Shown here: positions 18,643 through 18,895 of the stretch, piece after piece
How positions within the stretch are numbered: the stretch's first letter is position 1
Layout of the letters: each line of letters opens with the position of its first letter
Origin: Amoeboradix gromovi X-113
Lineage: Eukaryota; Fungi; Sanchytriomycota
Reading direction: 5' to 3'
Length of the DNA stretch: 18,895 bases
Assembly: GCA_018985225.1 (NCBI GenBank)
Contig: JADGIF010000117.1
Span: 1 to 18,895 of the forward strand
Position numbers and translations under genes: made by a program
The notes under the pieces: generated by a model
Database searches by the model: none
The model's input: the letters and a program-made list of their open reading frames with translations, nothing else
Told to the model about the DNA's origin: nothing

Positions 18643-18895
18643 CGCAATTGAAAGTCTTGATCTACAGCTGATGATAATAAACACGAATTTGTTGCCGATT
18701 ATGATGCTAATTTATTGGTAGAACCGGCCTCGTTAGTTAGGCCAATTGCTCAAGCATTATTTAAAGAAGCAAGTAAGGTGTTTATTCTAAGTTATACACT
18801 CTTTCGTATTGCCCGTGCACCTTCGCATCTTTATCTAACATTTCTTCTGATATCCCGACTTCCACGTGCTCTAAAACCCCATCTCCTTTGCTATC

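Overview
AT-rich, gene-dense, nearly intron-free eukaryotic DNA using the standard genetic code. Gene content (a MyTH4 myosin, SLC41, a secreted tyrosinase, a modular LRR surface protein) suggests a compact early-diverging fungal or fungus-related genome; this is inference only. From left to right: (1) an apparently intact Ty3/Gypsy LTR retrotransposon (1-4705) with the 5' LTR cut by the window edge, a tRNA-iMet-type PBS, a single gag-pol ORF, no chromodomain and a duplicated PPT/LTR junction, inserted into a now-decayed host ORF; (2) an SLC41/MgtE Mg2+ transporter; (3) a ~308-bp TIR-bounded MITE candidate; (4) a MyTH4-type myosin split by a 21-nt GT-AG intron and ending inside its FERM domain; (5) a convergent secreted, probably GPI-anchored tyrosinase whose stop is 8 bp from the myosin stop; (6) a three-module, receptor-like LRR membrane protein; (7) decayed ORFs. 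Within the decayed region is the most interesting signal: a ~322-bp TAGG-bounded segment (18321-18642) carrying an IS607 TnpA-like HTH fragment, a TnpB/Fanzor-like CxxCG..HRD fragment and two terminal hairpins. It is a candidate non-autonomous IS607/Fanzor2 mini-element that may retain its omegaRNA.
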